Made by a program: the position numbers and the translations under genes. A stretch of DNA of 37,141 nt from Octopus bimaculoides (lineage: Eukaryota), in contig NC_068981.1 of the NCBI RefSeq assembly GCF_001194135.2, positions 80,211,807 through 80,248,947 on the forward strand, written 5' to 3'. Positions within the stretch are counted from its first letter, which is position 1, and each line of letters opens with the position of its first letter. The notes under the pieces were generated by a model. The model did not search any database and was not told where the DNA came from. It saw only the letters and a program-made list of their open reading frames with translations. This document shows, piece after piece, positions 34,751 to 37,141 of this stretch.

Positions 34751-35622
34751 CATTGCTTTCAGAATGCTAAGAACTGAAACAATTATTGCACAGTACCTTG
34801 CTCAATTCTCTAGCAGTTCTGTTGATCCACTGCCCTAGATTGGTACTCTTTTAATCAATGCTGAGAAGATAAAAAGTAAAGTTGTTCTCAGTGGGGTTTG
34901 AAGTTAAAGTCAATACAGGAACATAGAAATTGACAACCAGTGGTAGGGAGTGGTGAAGATGATAAAAGGTATGTAGTCAACAGATGCCTAATACATGATA
35001 CATGCTTACACACACACACGCTTGCAAGCATGTGCACACATACGCACACACGCACATACACAGATATATAACTACAGTTTAAGTGGAAGGATAACCTTGA
35101 CAAGCAGTTGCTAGGGGAAGGCAATGAAGTTGTAAGTGTGTGTGTGTGTAGGTATACTTATGTATCTCTATATAATAATAACTGATATAAATGTTGGTTA
35201 TTTGATTTCTTTAATCATGCTTTACATTATATGGAAAGAGAGAGAGAGGGGGTTGTAAGTGAAAGAGAGGTACAGAAAGCATTCATATAAGAGGTACAGG
35301 ATGAGTACACATACAAGGCACTGAAGAATAAACATTTTCTAATGAAATTTTGCAGATAGGTTTTTGATGGGGTACGTTGAAATTTATTAATTGAATTTAA
35401 TAAACTAAATATACAAATGAGAAATCTAGTTTATTTCATTTTACTTAATAAATATTTTCCTTCTGAAAAGTAGCATTCATTTCAGCATTTTGTACAAGCA
35501 CCAAGAAATTTGATAAAAATTAAATTATAACTATTGTATGCATAACATATTTCCTGGTAGTACCCATGGTAACAAACGTATACTTCCAAAGTAACTTGTC
35601 ATGAGACTGGTAACTCTCTAAG

Positions 35623-35667
<45 letters not shown>

Positions 35668-35864
35668 AGATGGAGGTAAAAATAGCACAGAGGTAAATCT
35701 AAGACATTTCAATTTAAGAAGAAATTTGATAAAAATGATTTTAAAAATTATATAAAGAAAATATTACCGGTTTTGGTGAATCTCATCTTATCAAATCATC
35801 ATCATCATTATCATCTGCTTTCCATGCTGGCATGGATTGGACGGTTTGACTGAGGACATAAAAA

Positions 35865-37025
35865 GCACCATTGGGAGAATGGCTTCATGACTTTCTGAAG
35901 GATAGAAGTCAGGTGGTAGTAGCCAATGGAGCCACCTCCAATGACATGCAAATAGTGAGCTGTGTTCCGCAAGGCACAGTTTTGGGACCACTACTGTTCA
36001 TAATGGCCCTCTCAGACATGCCCTCAGCTACACAGAGAGCCACGAGCACAAGTTATGCAGATGATACAAAAGTCTCACAGGTAATACAGAACCCTGAAGA
36101 CACTATGCACCTGCAATGTGAGCTGGATGAAATATACAAGTGGGCTGAAAAGAATAACATGCAGTTTAATGCTGAAAAGTTTCAAGCCTTGTGCTATCAG
36201 CATGCAAAACTAAATGCAATACCCATTAAATACCCGGAGGGATTGCAACCCAGAGGTACAGTCAGTGTGAGACCTGGGCATTTACATGAGTAATGATGCA
36301 TCCTTTCATATGCATGTTGCTAAATTAGCAATGAAATGCAGGCAACTAACCAGATGGATTCTTAGAACTTTTAGAACAAGAAATCAGGAAACCATGCTGG
36401 TCCTCTGGAGGACACTTGTCCTAAGCCACTTTGACTATTGCTCTCAGCTGTAGTCACCAACCAGTGTCAAATTAATCTCAGAACTTGAGGCAATCCAACG
36501 AAGCTACACGAAGAAGATAGCCTCTATGCAACATATAAGCTATTGGAAAAGACTCAAAAGATTAAGACTCTATTTCTTAGAGCGCAGGTGAGAAAGATAT
36601 GCCATAATATACATCTGGAAGATCCTCGAAGGACTTGTCCCAAACTTTGGCATTGAAAGTTACACAAATACTAGAACTGGGCACCACTGCATAGTGCCAA
36701 GGACTCCAAATTTGCCATCAAGATGTAGGACAAGATACTGCAATAGCTTGGGCTTCAGAGGTCCACAGCTCTTCAATATCCTCCCGAAGGACCTGAGAGA
36801 CCTGCATGGGGTGGATGTAGGTAAAGCTGGACCTCTTCCTGTCAAGTGCCTCAGATGAACTAATTTCATGCCAGGAAATGCAGATTAGGGTAGCTGCATC
36901 ACACTCTCTCATGCACCAAATGTCAATTCCTGAAAAGCATTCGTGAAGTAAAATTATGTAGCAACACCAAATGGCGGTGCCCCAGCATGGCCACAGCTCA
37001 AGAGTTGAAACTAGATGAAATGAAA
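35865..37025 (+). pseudogene. CR1/L2-clade LINE, 3' RT fragment
   Basis: EWLHDFLKDRSQVVVANG, CVPQGTVLGPLLF, SYADDTKV, WILRTFRTR, HFDYCSQL, ELEAIQR, ERR*ERYAIIYIWKIL; frameshifts and stops present. Confidence 0.9.
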
Positions 37026-37026
37026 A

Positions 37027-37058
<32 letters not shown>

Positions 37059-37141
37059 CCTCAGTCAAATCGTCCAACCCATGCTAGCATGGAAAGCGGA
37101 CGTTAAACGATGATGATGATGATGATGATGATATATACACA

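Overview
AT-rich, repeat-dense animal genomic DNA with four N-gaps. The repeat families look cephalopod (Octopus-like); this is recognition from memory, not a database result. The only host gene I can support is two spliced minus-strand exons of NPL4/NPLOC4 (21745-21633 and 21064-20822). Most of the remaining recognisable sequence is transposon debris: a nearly complete but inactivated hAT/Buster transposon, a DD37D (maT) Tc1/mariner remnant, several MITEs, RTE, CR1/L2-like and Penelope-like retroelement fragments, tRNA-derived SINEs and long microsatellites. The main discovery is a four-copy non-coding retroelement family (12561-12810, 17763-17997, 19502-19811, 22307-22646). It joins a tRNA-like Pol III head, an (AAT)n spacer and a Penelope-type end carrying a minimal type I hammerhead ribozyme, which is intact at 19690-19735. 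The three copies with readable ends share a fixed inverted 5' arm, a ~33-nt unpaired 3' tail and 12-14 bp target-site duplications. This points to a Pol III-driven, ribozyme-bearing element mobilised by Penelope-like machinery. All alignments, translations and folds were done by eye.
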